From NCBI RefSeq assembly GCF_009914755.1, contig NC_060931.1: DNA of 64,000 bases. One strand, given 5' to 3'. A program made the position numbers and the translations under genes. Below the pieces are notes generated by a model, which was given only the letters and a program-made list of their open reading frames with translations, was not told the DNA's origin and did not search any database. Shown here one piece after another: positions 1-14,650 of this stretch. Source of the DNA: the human T2T-CHM13v2.0 reference genome, Homo sapiens. Position 1 is the first letter of the stretch; each line of letters begins with the position of its first letter.

Positions 1-100
1 GCAATATTTATTAAGTACCAAATCATTGCAAGACTCAGGTAGGTGTAGCAGAGAGTCAGTGGGCATGGTCCCTGACCTTGTTAACGTTACAGACTTTGAG
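1..100 (-). mobile_element. L2 LINE 3' end fragment
   Basis: ATATTTATTAAGTACC...ATGGTCCCTGACCTTG resembles the reverse complement of the L2 3' terminus; heavily diverged. Confidence 0.45.
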
Positions 101-134
101 GTGAACAATGAAATAAGCAACTAGGCCATAATCG

Positions 135-325
135 ATCTGCCTAGATTGTTCTTCCCCAAACTCTTCACAAGGCCAGTTCCTTCTCATTTGGATCTCAGCT
201 TCAACATCACCTTCTCCAAGATGCTTTTTTTGGCCATCCTCTCTAAAAGCTACCCACAGTCAGTATCTATCATAATACCTGTTGATTAATCTTTGTAGCA
301 TTTTACTATTATCTGCAAGTATCTT
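135..325 (+). mobile_element. L2 (L2a-like) fragment
   Basis: TCTGCCTAGATTGTTCTTCCCC...TCTCAGCTTCAACATCACCTTCTC...TAGCATTTTACTATTATCTG follows the L2a 3' region consensus. Confidence 0.65.
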
Positions 326-394
326 TCCAGAGATGGATTTACTAGTGAAGTGAAGAGTTGCATTGTCCTCCACCCTGCAGCATTCTTTGACAAT

Positions 395-795
395 AGTGAT
401 GTGGTTACTTGGCACTGATACCAGCTATAAGGTGGGACCTGATTGGCACAAACTCATCAGAATAATTTCTCCATCCTTGGCAAATTAAATGGTTCAGTAA
501 AAGGCAGTAACCCAGGGCTAAGTCCTTCCATACAAGAGATGCCCCTAACCACAATTGTATAAATCAGAGTTGCTCTGGAGAGTATGGAATATGCTTACGA
601 AATCTGGAATTGCTACAGCCATTTTGCTGCTCCAAGGGCAATTAGCTTGAGGTAGAAGCTGAAATGTTAAGGAGGATAGAGCCAGGGGACTCCCAGAAAA
701 CAGAATCCCAACTTTGATCAAACCTATTTTGAAGCCCACATTCCTATGGAAGTTCTGTCATAAGAAACAATAAACTCCCTGATTTTTAGTCCATT
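395..795 (+). mobile_element. MaLR LTR, MLT1J/K-like
   Basis: CAGCCATTTTG, GATCAAACCTATTTTGAAGCC and CAATAAACTCCCT motifs occur in the order seen in old MLT1 LTRs. Confidence 0.55.
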
Positions 796-858
796 GTTCA
801 ATGAAAAATTGTATTAAGACAATTATGGATTCATATGTGTTTATAAAAGAGATGATAA

Positions 859-1654
<796 letters not shown>

Positions 1655-1952
1655 ATAACATTTACAAAGCCACTATTACAATATCAAATTCAAGATATTG
1701 GCACTGATATAATCTACCTGTCTTACACAGATTTACCTGTTTTTGCTTATACTCATCTGTAGGTGTTTGTGTGTGTATTCAGTCTGTACAATTTTATCAC
1801 ATAGTGGTTTCATGTATCCACCACAGCTAAGAGAAAGAACACTTCCATCACCACTAGGTTTCTTTCTATTGCTCTTTTATAATCACGTCAACCTCCCTCC
1901 CCACAAAAGTTTTCCATCTCTGTCCCTTGCGGACCACTAATCTCTCTTCCAT

Positions 1953-2520
1953 GTTTAACAAACTATGGCACATCCATACTATTGAATACTTCTTAGCAAC
2001 AAAAAGGAAGGAACTATTGATACATACCAACTTGGATACATCTCCAGGGAATTATTGAATTTAAAAAAGAACTCCATCTTAAAAGATTACATATTATATT
2101 ACTCCATTTATATAACATTTTATTTATTTATTTTTGTATTATTTTCTCTGGACCATGTATATAACTTTTTTTTTTTTTTTTTTTGAGATGGGGTCTCGCT
2201 CTGTTGCCCAGGCTGGAGTGCAGTGGCGCCATCTCGGCTCACTGCAAGCTCCGTCTCCTGGGTTCAAGCAATTCTCTCTCCTGCCTCAGCCTCCCAAGTA
2301 GCTGGGACCACAGGCGCCCACCACCATGCCCAGCTAATTTTTTGTATTTTTGTAGAGATGTGGTTTTACCGTGTTAGCCAGGATAGTCTCCATCTCTTGA
2401 CCTCATGATCCTCCTGCCCCAGCCTCCCAAAGTGCTGGGATTACAGGCATGAGCCACCAAACCCGGCCTATATAACCTTTTAAGATGAAACATTTTAAAA
2501 ATAGAAAAAAGATTAGTGAC
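1953..2520 (+). mobile_element. L1MC 3' segment in opposite orientation to the flanking L1
   Basis: Sense-strand L1 motifs (ACAAACTATGGCACATCCATAC, CTCCAGGGAATTAT, TCCATTTATATAACATT, AGATTAGTG) sit between antisense L1 blocks; contains an Alu. Confidence 0.7.
2166..2468 (-). mobile_element. Alu (AluY/AluSc8-like)
   Basis: Full dimer, poly-T at 2166-2184, TSD TATATAAC at 2158-2165 and 2469-2476. Confidence 0.95.
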
Positions 2521-3212
2521 ATTACATTGTGGTTTGAGTTTATATTTTCCTAATGTCTAATGATATGAACATATTTTCATATGCTTATTACTGAAGGATT
2601 TTTATATCTTCATGGGTGATGTATCTCTTTGTATTTTGCCCATTTTCTAATTGGATTATTTGTTTCTTTAACTGTTAAGTTTTGGGAGTAATTTATCTAG
2701 TCTAGATACTAGTCTTTTGACAGATATGTGTTTTGAAAATATTCTCTTTCAGGCTTTGGTTTGTTTTTTCATCCTCTTAATAGTATTTTGCAGAGCAAAA
2801 GTTTTTAATTTTAATGAGGTTGAATTTATACATTTTTTTCTTTATGGATTGGGCCTTTGGTGTCAAGTCTAATAATAATTCATTGCCTACTCCTGGACTG
2901 TAAAAATCTTTATATGTATGTATATATAAAATTATATATATATAAAAAATATATAAAATTATAGTTACGTTTATAGAGTAAGCCTTAATGTTGAGTAGAC
3001 TGACTCCTCTTGCATTATTCTCTTTTCTTCTGTTTTTCTTTCTTTCCTTCTTTGTCAAAATTGCATAAGCTATTGTAGGTCCTTTGGAATTACATTAAGT
3101 CTATAAACCAATTTGAAGAAAATTCCAACCCAATTCATGCAAGGTATGCTTCTCCATTTACTTAGATATTCATTCATTTCTTTTGTCAATATCTTAAAAT
3201 TTATAGCATGTA

Positions 3213-3500
<288 letters not shown>

Positions 3501-4025
3501 ATTATAGCATGTGGATTCTGTATATTTTTGGTTAAGTATAGACCTAAGTATTTCATTTTCTTTGGAGTGATCATAAATGATACTGTGTTTTTAATTTCCG
3601 TTTCAGAATGTTCATCATTAGTGTATAAATACATGATTCATTTTTGTGACTTGATCTTTTATTGTACCACATTGTTCAACTTTAGGAGCAGTTTCTTACT
3701 TTATAAGCTGTATCCCTTTTATTTCTTTATCTTGCACTATCGCAGTAATTAAAGTTTCCAGTAATATGTTCAATAAGAGTAATGAGAGTAGATATTCTTG
3801 TCTTCTTCCTGATCTTAAAGAGAAAGTATTATAGTCTTCAACCATTAAGTAAAATGTTGACTGTAGGGTTTTTACAGTTGCTCTTCAGCAAACTGTGGTA
3901 CTTCTCTATCTCTCATTTGCTGAACGTTCCTTTTTTTATAAATCATGAATCAATTTTGGATTTTGTTATTTTTGTGGGCCACTTAAAATGCTCATATGTT
4001 TTTTTTTAGCTTATTGACATGATTG

Positions 4026-4367
4026 TGATATGGTTTGACTGTGTCTCCACCTAAGTATCATCTTAAATTGTAGTTTCCATTATCTCCAGGTGTTGTGGGA
4101 AGGAACCAGGGTGAGGTAATTGAATCATAGGGACAATTACCCCCATGCTGTTCTTGTGATAGTGAGTGAGTTCTCACGAGATCTGGTCGTTTTATAAGAG
4201 GCACTCCTCTCTTTCCCGCTGCGGTGTGAAGAAGGATGTGTTTGCTTCCCCTTCTGCCATGACTGACTGTAGGTTTCCTGAGGCCTCCCCAACCCTGCGG
4301 GACTGTGAGTCAGTTAAACCTTTTTCCTTTATAAATTACCCAGCCTCAGGTGTTTCTTCATTCAGTG
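4026..4367 (+). mobile_element. THE1D-like MaLR solo LTR (3' tip missing)
   Basis: TGATATGGTTTG start; GATAGTGAGTGAGTTCTCACGAGATCTG; ACTGTGAGTCAGTTAAACC...TAAATTACCCAG. Confidence 0.9.
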
Positions 4368-4514
4368 GATTACACTGAATGATATTCAAATGTTTAATCA
4401 GTCTTAACATATTTGGAATTAATGTTATTTGGTAATGCAGGAAAGTTCTTTTTATGCATATTGTTAAATTGGGTTTACTAATATTTTTGTTGATGGTTTT
4501 TCATGTAAATTCTT

Positions 4515-5416
<902 letters not shown>

Positions 5417-5782
5417 TCATGTAAATTCTTGAGAGATACTGGCCGGTAATTTTTTTTGTACTTCCTTTGGTTTTGGTAAAATAAATTAGAAAGTGTCCCT
5501 TCTTTTTCTAATTCTGAAATAAGTAGTGTAAAATTTGCAAAAGTGATGTTAATTCTTCTTTAAATGTTTGGTTGAATTCACCAATAAAACCAGCTAGAGC
5601 TAGAGATTTCCTTTTTGCGTCCTTTCAAAATATGAATCAAATTTTTTTAATAGCTATAGGAATATTTATAACATTTATTTCACCTTGGGTCAGTTTAGGT
5701 AGTTTGTGGCTTTTGAGGAATTTGTTACATTACGTTATCAAATTTATGTATGTAAAATTGTCTGTTATACTTTCTCATTATT

Positions 5783-6053
5783 TTATTATTATTATTATTT
5801 TTTTGAGACAGAGTCTCGCTCGTCGCCCAGGCTGGAGTGCAATGGCAGGTTCACTCCATTCTCCTGCCTCAGCCTCCAGAGTAGCTGCGACTACAGGCGC
5901 CTGCCACCACGCCCGGCTAATTTTTTTGTAATTTTAGTAGAGATGGGGTTTCACCATGTTAGCCAGGATGGTCTCTATCTCTTGACCTCATGATCCGCCC
6001 GTCTCAGCCTCCCAAAGTGCTGGGATTACAGGCGTGAGCCACCGTGCCCGGCC
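5783..6053 (-). mobile_element. AluY with internal deletion in right arm
   Basis: CCATTCTCC and TGTTAGCCAGGATGG diagnostics, about 30 nt missing after GCAATGGC, (TTA)n tail, TSD TCATTATT at 5775-5782 and 6054-6061. Confidence 0.93.
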
Positions 6054-7714
6054 TCATTATTCTTTCAATGGCTATAGAATCTGTGATGATATCCCCTATT
6101 TAATTCCTGATATTGATGATTTGTGTTTGTTTTATTCTTGTCAGTCTTGCAGAGGTTTGTCAATTTTGTTAATTTTTTTGGAAGAAACAGCTTTTGTTTA
6201 ATTGATTGTCCCTATTGTTCTCCAATTTTTAAATTTTATTGACTTCTGCCCTTTATGATTTTCTTCCTTCCATCTTTTTATGGGCTTTTTGGTGGTTTGT
6301 TGTTTGCTTTCCATGTATTTAGACATTTTCCTGTTGTATTTCTGTTATTGATTTCTAACTAGACTCATTATAGTCAGAGAACACACTGTATGATTTAAAT
6401 TCTTTAAATTTTCTTAAGGTTTATTTTCTGGTCAGGGTATGACTTATCTTGGTAAATTTTCCATGGTTACATTTAAAAAAATGTACATTATGCTGTTGTT
6501 GGGTAGAGTGTTCTATGTAAGTTCATCTGTAGCCTTGCTTATTTTCTGTCTAGTTGTACCATTAGTTGCCAAAAGGAGAGATGTGAGGTTCCTGGCAAAT
6601 TACCCCTTAATTCCTGAAGAAGAAAGTTAACAGTTTCTTTCTTTCAGCACTGGAAAAATATTGTGCCACGTGCTCTGGCCTTCATGGTTACAGATAAGAA
6701 ATCATCTGAATTGGTATTCCCCTGTAGATAATGTGCTGTCTCTCTGGCTATTTTCAGAAGTTAATGATTTTGTGCTTTAGTGTAGATTTGCTTGGGTTTA
6801 TTCTGTTTGGGGTTCACAGGACTCCTTAGATCGAAGGTTTGTGTCTTTTGTCAAGTTTGGAGAGTTTTCAGTAATGATTTCTTTAAATACTATTTCAGTC
6901 CCATTCTTTTTCTCTCTTCTTATGGGACTCTAATGATATGACTGCTATATATCACAGGCTCCTGAGGCTCTGTTCACATATATTTTGTCTATTTTTCTGC
7001 CTTTTATTCAGATTTGGTAAATTCTATTGATTGTCCTCAAGTTCACTTATTTTATCCTCTGTCATCTCCAGTCTTACATTGAACCAAGCCAGCAGTTCTA
7101 TATTTTCTGTTTGTTTCCACTGGTTCTTTTTATAAGTTCTATTTCTTTTCTGAGTTTTCTGTTTTTATTTATTTCAAGAAAAATCTATAATTGATGTTGA
7201 AGTGTTTTTTGATGACTGTGTTAAAGTTTTATGTCAGATAATTCCAACAGCTGCTTTATCTCAGTGTTGGCATTAGTTGATAGTCTTTTTTCATTCAAAT
7301 TTTTATTTTCCTAATTCTTAGTATGATGGGTGATGTTTTTATTGTATTCTGGAACTGTTATCTATTGTGTTAGGAGATTCTGGCTCCTATTTGAATCTTT
7401 TATTTTAGCAGTCAGTCACGCTGTTAAGCTTTAGCGTGCACATCTTAGCCTACTTTTGTGGGCTGCTGTTCTAATAACAGTTTAATTTTATACTTTTTTT
7501 GGGTCTTTATGGTTTTTATTTTGGCCTTTGGTTTATCTGGGACTACCGAGGCTCCCACTGCTCCCTGTTCATACTGCTTGAAGGGATGGAAGTGAGAGGG
7601 GTTTAGCCAGACTGGGCTGCCTGGTGTTGCTCAATGTGAGAAGAAAGTCTCAGGTCTAGAGGGACAAAGAGGCCTTCCTTTCCTGGCATGTGATGTAGTG
7701 GGATACTTCCTGAT

Positions 7715-10700
7715 TGTAACCCTTCACCTCCATGGAAACAAGCTCCCTCATGGGAGGCAGGCAATAACTTTTTGTTCCTTCCACTTCCTCATATGAAACT
7801 TCAAGATAATAAAAGAGGCAACTATTCAGAGTCTAATTACATCGAAGGGAAGTCCTGGGATGGCTGATTAAAATTGGTATGCAAAAGGAGGAAATTGATA
7901 GTGTGATCACCTGAAGCTTGGTGGAATTTCATAGGAAATTGTGGGACTCATAACCATCTCTCCTCAAATACCCCCTGATGTTAAAAATATCGAGAAAGAT
8001 ATGCTCATCTTATTTGCACCTAGATAAAATACAAGCAAGGAAAAGTTCTAATGAGCTTCCAGTATTAGATGCCAAAATACTCTCTTTTAACATTTATTTT
8101 GTAATATAAGAATAAAATTGACATGAAGGTCAGTGCCTTTAGATCCAATCTCCAGTAATACATTGTGTGGTTGAAATGGCCTGGGGTGGAATGGAAACTA
8201 TTTGAGGTCTATTAGATAAAGAAGCACAGTGTATAGTGCTGCCTAGTCCTGCTCATGAGTCTTTTAGGGCTAACAAAATCAATTTACAGGGATGTGAGGA
8301 TGCTATTGTAGTAGGGTAAAAACAGTCTGGATAGCATTTGTAATGTATGATTAAAAACCCTTGAATTCTCTCCTATAATGTTGTGATATGATAACATGGG
8401 TTGTAGATCTAGTAGAACTGGCAGTTTTCTATTGATGATATTATAATTATTTTAGAACCTAAGAATCAAGCCAAAATCAAATTTACTATAGTCATAAATT
8501 GCATGATAATCAGGAATGGTTGATTAACCTCACAAAAATTCAGAGCCCCACATAGACAGTGAATCTTTTGAGCATTGCATGGACTTGAGCAACCTATGAC
8601 TTATTGCAGACCACTAAAAATGAATGATTTTTACTGCCTGTTTCTTAACCTGAACAATGTCTATTGGCCTTTCTTGACTTTTACAGAAATCACATCCGTC
8701 ATTTGGAATACTGTTAGATCTGATCCTTAAAATCTTTTAAAGAAGGCCATGTTTAATTGAGGGCTGTAATGCTAGTTATTCTTTTGGATAACATGGTCCT
8801 AATGTTGAAATGATACTAGAAGTGTTGGCCACTCATATTTAGCCAACTGGAGTCTTTCATAAAACCCCATAACCACTGCTACTGAACAGTTATCTCTTGT
8901 CTTTTGAATTATAAAATGACCAGATGCTCCTCTCTGGTATACTCCTTTTAAAAGATAGTTACTGGCTTATTATTGGGCACCTACACAGACAGCCCGAATA
9001 AGTAAATTGTTTAAGGCCATATTAAAGCCCCAGTAAAGCATTGCAAAAAAAGAGGGAGATGCCGAAAGAAGTTTCCACATAAGATGGAATAAAAAGGGCA
9101 TATGTAAGAGCATCCTACCAGATAATTTACAGGAAAGACTTCTTACATTAGTAAGCAAGTAGCCTTTTTCTTCCTATGACCTACTGTAAGGCTGCTTAAG
9201 GATTTGCATGGTACTATTGTTGAACGGGCATATTTTTGAGCAATTGTCTTAGAATGTAAGGCAATTGCCCTGGTTCACAAAAGACAGTTCCAAAAGCAAA
9301 TGCCAAGACCTGGCATGAAAATCAGGGCTGGGTGCAATGGCTCACACCTGTAAACCCAGCACTTTGGTAGGCTGAGGTAAGAGGATTGCTTGAGGCCAGG
9401 AGTTTGATACTAGCCTTGTCAACATAGCAAGACCCTGTCTCTACAGCAAAATAAATCAGCTGTTCCGCATTCAGCAAACAGTAAAATACTCATGGAAAAG
9501 TACAGAGCCTGTATTACAGGCTGTGTTCTTCGCAATGATAGAAGAACTTAAAAAAAAAAAAAGGCTCTACTCTTTGGCTTTTTATAATGACTATATTGAC
9601 TTTTTGGCTTTCAATTTGTTCTGGAAAATGGATCAGATGGACCACAGAGGGGCCTCCACCTGGTGTACTGCTCTTTGTAAATCTCTGTGGAAATTCTGAG
9701 AAAAAAAATCAAAGGCACACTGATGCTCAACACAGCAACCCTGTGTCAGGATCTGAGATGACTGAACTCAAGAAGTTGATGTTCTACTTGGATTTCTTGA
9801 AGTGGTAACCTCGGTCCAAGACATGGGTGAACACAGACAAATTCAAACCATGCAATGATGTGCCAAATTACAACACACCCTGGTGGCCTCTACCAATATA
9901 ATTTTTTCTGTATGCCAATGGAAAAGGCAAAATCTGCAGTTCACCCTTGCCAGCGTATAGTTGGCAAGTAGATTACATTGGCTTTTAACCTATTGCTCCA
10001 GGGGAGGGTACTTAAAAGGATATTGACAGAACTTGATACACATTCTGGGTTTGGATTCCCATACTCACTAACTGAAGCCAAAGCTGCTTATGTTATCAAA
10101 GAACCGTGACCAAAAAAAAAAAAAAAGAAATACTCTATCATTTTGGTCCTCTTAATTACATTTCATCAGATTAAGTTATTAACTTCTAGAGAAATGATGG
10201 GTAAAGAAACAGAAATATCACATTCAGTAGACTTTTAAAATATATTCCCGAAGTGGTGGGTTAATAAAAACTGACATGTGCAATTAAAACACCTATTTAA
10301 AAAGATGCAGGTAACAAAGGATTGAAGGGCTGCCCTACAACTTCCAGCTTTATCTTTATTAATTTTATTTTACCAAGAGGATTATTATGGGTCTCTGTTA
10401 GATAAATTATTGTGCATTTGAAATAAAATTGGAAAAGACGGGAGAAGAGATGATGCAGGAGCTTACTACATTCAAATCTTCCCTTGTATGTAAACAATTT
10501 CTTTTCAGTGCTATACCCAATTATTCCTAGGTTAGAGTTACTGTCCCAGAGGCTGGTAATATCCCAAAAAAGAAATTATGTCTATTAATCTGAATATAAC
10601 TGAAAGAATCCCAAAGCGATTGATGGGATAAATTATTTCTTCTCCAGACTGCCAAGTTTGGCCTGACAACCTTGTGGCAAATATTTTGTGTAATGATTCT

Positions 10701-11115
10701 ATTTCTTTGTACTTTTCCCATCTAACTCACTATGACTGGGAATAGAATAAAAGAGGAAGCCTTAGTATGTGTCATCTTGTTATCAGCAATATGGACCAGA
10801 CCATTGGCTGGACCAGAGAGACCCATCTCAGTGGAAAAGCTTTAGATAAAAATTAATGATAGAAGGAAGAAAAGTGAGATTGTAAATGAGGGAAAGATAG
10901 TTAATTAATGGAGGTTAAAAAAAGGAAACACTAATATAATTCTGTCTCTCCTTGTGAGAGGCTTGGAGCAAAAGAATACTAGCTCATTTAGCTTCAACTC
11001 AGATGTCCTGGAGCAAGCACTCTGCTGGAATCTCTTCCTCTTCTAAAGGAAGAGAAGGACTAAACTGAGCTGGCTAACAGGCACACTAACAAACACACAT
11101 GAAGGAGTGGGCTAT
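7715..11115 (+). mobile_element. Decayed class III (ERV-L-type) provirus internal region: gag-pro-pol-dUTPase remnants
   Basis: Ordered conceptual peptides: gag WLIKIGMQKEEID (7861-7899); protease LLDKEAQCIVLP (8209-8244); RT IDDI (8431-8442) and WLINLTKIQSP (8517-8549); RT connection YTPFKR*LLAYYWA (8938-8979); integrase SWQVDYIG (9959-9982) and LTELDTHSGFGF; dUTPase-like VPEAGNIP (10543-10566). PPT-like GAAGGAGTGGGC at about 11101. Confidence 0.85.
9326..9452 (+). mobile_element. FLAM_C-like free left Alu monomer
   Basis: Single monomer with GGATTGCTTGAGGCCAGGAG; TSD AAATCAG at 9319-9325 and 9453-9459. Confidence 0.85.
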
Positions 11116-11701
11116 GTCCTCAAAATGGATAAACTGATAAAAGCTCTGACTATGACTACATGAAACAATATTAATATGGCCATGTATTTTGATTCTTGTT
11201 TCTCAAGATATGTCTATTAACAAAGACCCATGGAAGGAAACAACTTACTGAGAATATTTATCAAATGAAATCTGAAGAACACAGATTCATAGTAATCTGA
11301 ATGAACATTGTGTGGCCATTAATTGTGATGATGAAGATTAAAAAAAAAGGAGCTGGCATATGATCATAGAAGATTTCCTGCTGTATGTCCCATCTGTTAT
11401 AATATCTTATATACAAATAATTGTTTACTTTATTTTTACTCTCTTTATTACAGCTTTTTCATCACAGTTAAAACATTTAAAAAATAGCCTAATGTTGATG
11501 TGATGTCAAATGCATTAGCAGAGTAAATAAAAAACTCCTCAGATAATTATGCCTATGGAGGAGAATTGACCTGAAGAGGACTCAGACTTGATTTAGCAGG
11601 TGTATACCATAAAATACAGATAGCTGAAAATTAGAGAGGCAAAGGACTTGTAAAGTTAGTATAAAAGTAACAAGAAAGTTTGTGCTGATATTGATGGCTA
11701 G

Positions 11702-12124
<423 letters not shown>

Positions 12125-12239
12125 TAGTGAGTAGTTAATGACTAATAGAATCACTACCACCCCCAAATCTGTTATTTCACCATAATAAATGCGCATTTGA
12201 GTCCAGATTACATTCTTTGTTTCCAATACTAATATACTA

Positions 12240-12568
12240 ATAAGTTTGGGCGACTATAAAGAATGAAGCCACCAGGCTTAAACAGCAGAAATGTCTCATA
12301 GTGTTGAAGGCAGGAATTCCAAGATCAGGGTACCAGCATGATTGGGTTCTGAAGAGAGCCCTCCTTCACTTGCAGACTGCCAACTTCTCATTGCAGCTCA
12401 GATGGCAGCCTCTCTGTCTGCTTGTTATTAGGGCACTAATCCCATTCATAAGGGCTCTACTTTCATGACTTAATGAACTCCCAAAGGCCCCACCTCCAAA
12501 TGCCATCACATTGAGATTAGGATTTCAACTTACGAATTTTGGGAGAACACGAGCACTCTGTCATTTCA
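12240..12568 (-). mobile_element. MaLR LTR (MLT1A/MST-like)
   Basis: GGCACTAATCCCATTCAT, CCCAAAGGCCCCACCTCC and GATTTCAACTTACGAATTTTGGG motifs. Confidence 0.8.
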
Positions 12569-12599
12569 AATAGTAAGCTTTTTGAAATGACAAATAATC

Positions 12600-13100
12600 G
12601 GGGTAAATGTCGTTTGCTAGCCCAACTCCCTATGCAAAAAAGATTTCTACTTTAGAGCTCTGTTGTTTCATTTGAGACAGTGGATGCTAATAGATTTACC
12701 AAAAATTGGTTAGATTTCAAGAAATACAGGTGAAAAGTCCATTTCTTTAAATGACCAAAACTGCTGTGATAATTATTAAAAAATCTGAGAATTCTTCCCA
12801 CTTATAAATTTTTTTAAATCAATGGTACAATTACAGTAATTATTATTGCCTTTTGTACAGTTCCACTGAAGAACTTGACTGTTCAGCTGCCTTCATAGTT
12901 TTGAGACTTTTGTCCCTAGTTAGAATAGTTAATAACATGCTGGATTATTAATATTGACTATAACATGTATTTGAAATTTTTTTTGGTGAGATTCTTATTG
13001 AGCAGATTGGGGATAGGATTTTCAGAATAGTTTTGAGTAAAAGAGAAGTGTCAAGTAAAAAGTGCTCTAAATTTCTACCAGCTTTCCTAATGCATATCTA
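12600..13100 (+). mobile_element. Possible hAT/Charlie transposase remnant
   Basis: ALNFYQ/ALKFLPAF-like decay of the hAT dimerisation region near 13065-13100, and KLKLQLSI at about 15343 beyond HSMAR2. Weak. Confidence 0.35.
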
Positions 13101-13343
13101 ATTATCCAGCCATCTATATATATGTATGCATATATATAATATGCATTATATATATACACATAATATACATTAGCTATGTATATTCATATATATAGCTTTC
13201 CTAATGCATATTATATATATGCATTTCCTAATATGCTTCCCTAAAACTATATAATCTATGAATATATAGATATTTATAAATATAATGCCTCATTTATATA
13301 TATATACACAGACACATAATACACATATGTATATACACAAACA
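13098..13343. repeat. (TA)n/(TATG)n/(CA)n low-complexity tract
   Basis: Directly visible alternating TA/CA-rich sequence. Confidence 0.85.
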
Positions 13344-13381
13344 CGAGGGGACTTCAAAAAGTTTGCAGAAAAATGGAATTG

Positions 13382-13690
13382 GGCTGGGCATGGTGGCTCA
13401 TGCCTGTAATTCCAGCACTTTGGGAGGCCAAGGCGGGCAGATCACCTGAGGTCAGGAGATCAAGACGATCCTGGCGAACATGGTGAAACCCTGTATCTAC
13501 TAAAAATACAAAAAAATCAGCCAGGCGTGGGGTCACACGCCTGTTGTCCCAGCTACTTGGGAGGCTGAGGCAGGTCGCTTGAACCCGGGAGGTGGAGGTT
13601 GCAGTGAGTCAAGATCGTGCCACTGCACTCCAGCCTAGGCGGCATGAGGCTCTGTCTCAAAAAAAAAAAAAAAAGAAAGAAAAAAAAGAA
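13382..13690 (+). mobile_element. AluS (Sc5-like) inside HSMAR2
   Basis: Full dimer with A tail; TSD AGAAAAA(T/C)GGAATT. Confidence 0.94.
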
Positions 13691-14373
13691 AAACGGAATT
13701 AAGATAAAAATAAAAATTATAAACTTTATTTCTCAACATGAACTCCATCAAGGTCAAGACTTGTAAGTAATTACAAGTCAAGCTTTTGTAAAGTAATGAT
13801 ACCAGCCATGTAGTCCATTCCTAAAAATACTGAGGGTCCTGGAAATTTAACTATGTCAATACAGCCTTTTTTACATTATTAATTGAAAAAAAATGGATGC
13901 CTTTTAAAGATGTTTTATGATTGGGAAACAAAAGGAAGTCAGAAGAAACCAAATCAGGACTGTAAGGTGAATGCCTAATGATTTCCCATCAAAACTGTTG
14001 CAAAATTATTAATGTTTCACGAGGGGAATGAGCAGGAGCATCATCGTGGTAGAGAAAGACTCTCTGGTGAAGCTTCCCCAGGTGTTTTCTGCTAAAGCTT
14101 TGGCTAATTTTCTCAAAACACTCTAATGATAGGCAGATGTTACTGTTCTTTGGCCCTCTAGAAAGTCAACAAGGAAAATGCCTTCAGCATCCCAAACAAC
14201 TGTTGCCGTGATTGTTGCTCTTGGTTGGTCTGCTTTTGCTTTGACTGGACCACTTCTACCTCTTGCCCTTGCTAGTCGTTGGTTGTGCTTTGTCTTCAGA
14301 ATTGTACTGGAAAGGTCATGTTTCATTTCCTGTTACAATTCTTCAGAGAAATGCTTCAGAATCATGATTTCAC

Positions 14374-14650
14374 TTTTTTTTTTAGATGGAGTCTCGCTCT
14401 GTTGCCCAAGCTGGAGTACAGTGGTGCGATCTTGGCTCACTGCAACCCTTGGCTCCTGGAGTTCTCCTGCCTCAGCCTCCTGAGTAGCTGGGACTACAGG
14501 TGCATGCAGCTACACGTGGATATTTTTTTCTAATTTAGTAGAGTTTCACTGTGTTGCCCAGGCTGGTGGCGAACTCCTGAGCTCAGGCAATCCTCCTGCC
14601 TCGGCCTCTCAAAGTGCTGGGATTACAGGCTTAAGCCACTGCACCTGGCC
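14374..14650 (-). mobile_element. Old Alu (AluS/J type) inside HSMAR2 transposase
   Basis: Dimer with small deletions and CTGAGCTCAGGCAATCC; degenerate TSD GATTTCACTT / AATTCTACTT. Confidence 0.92.
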
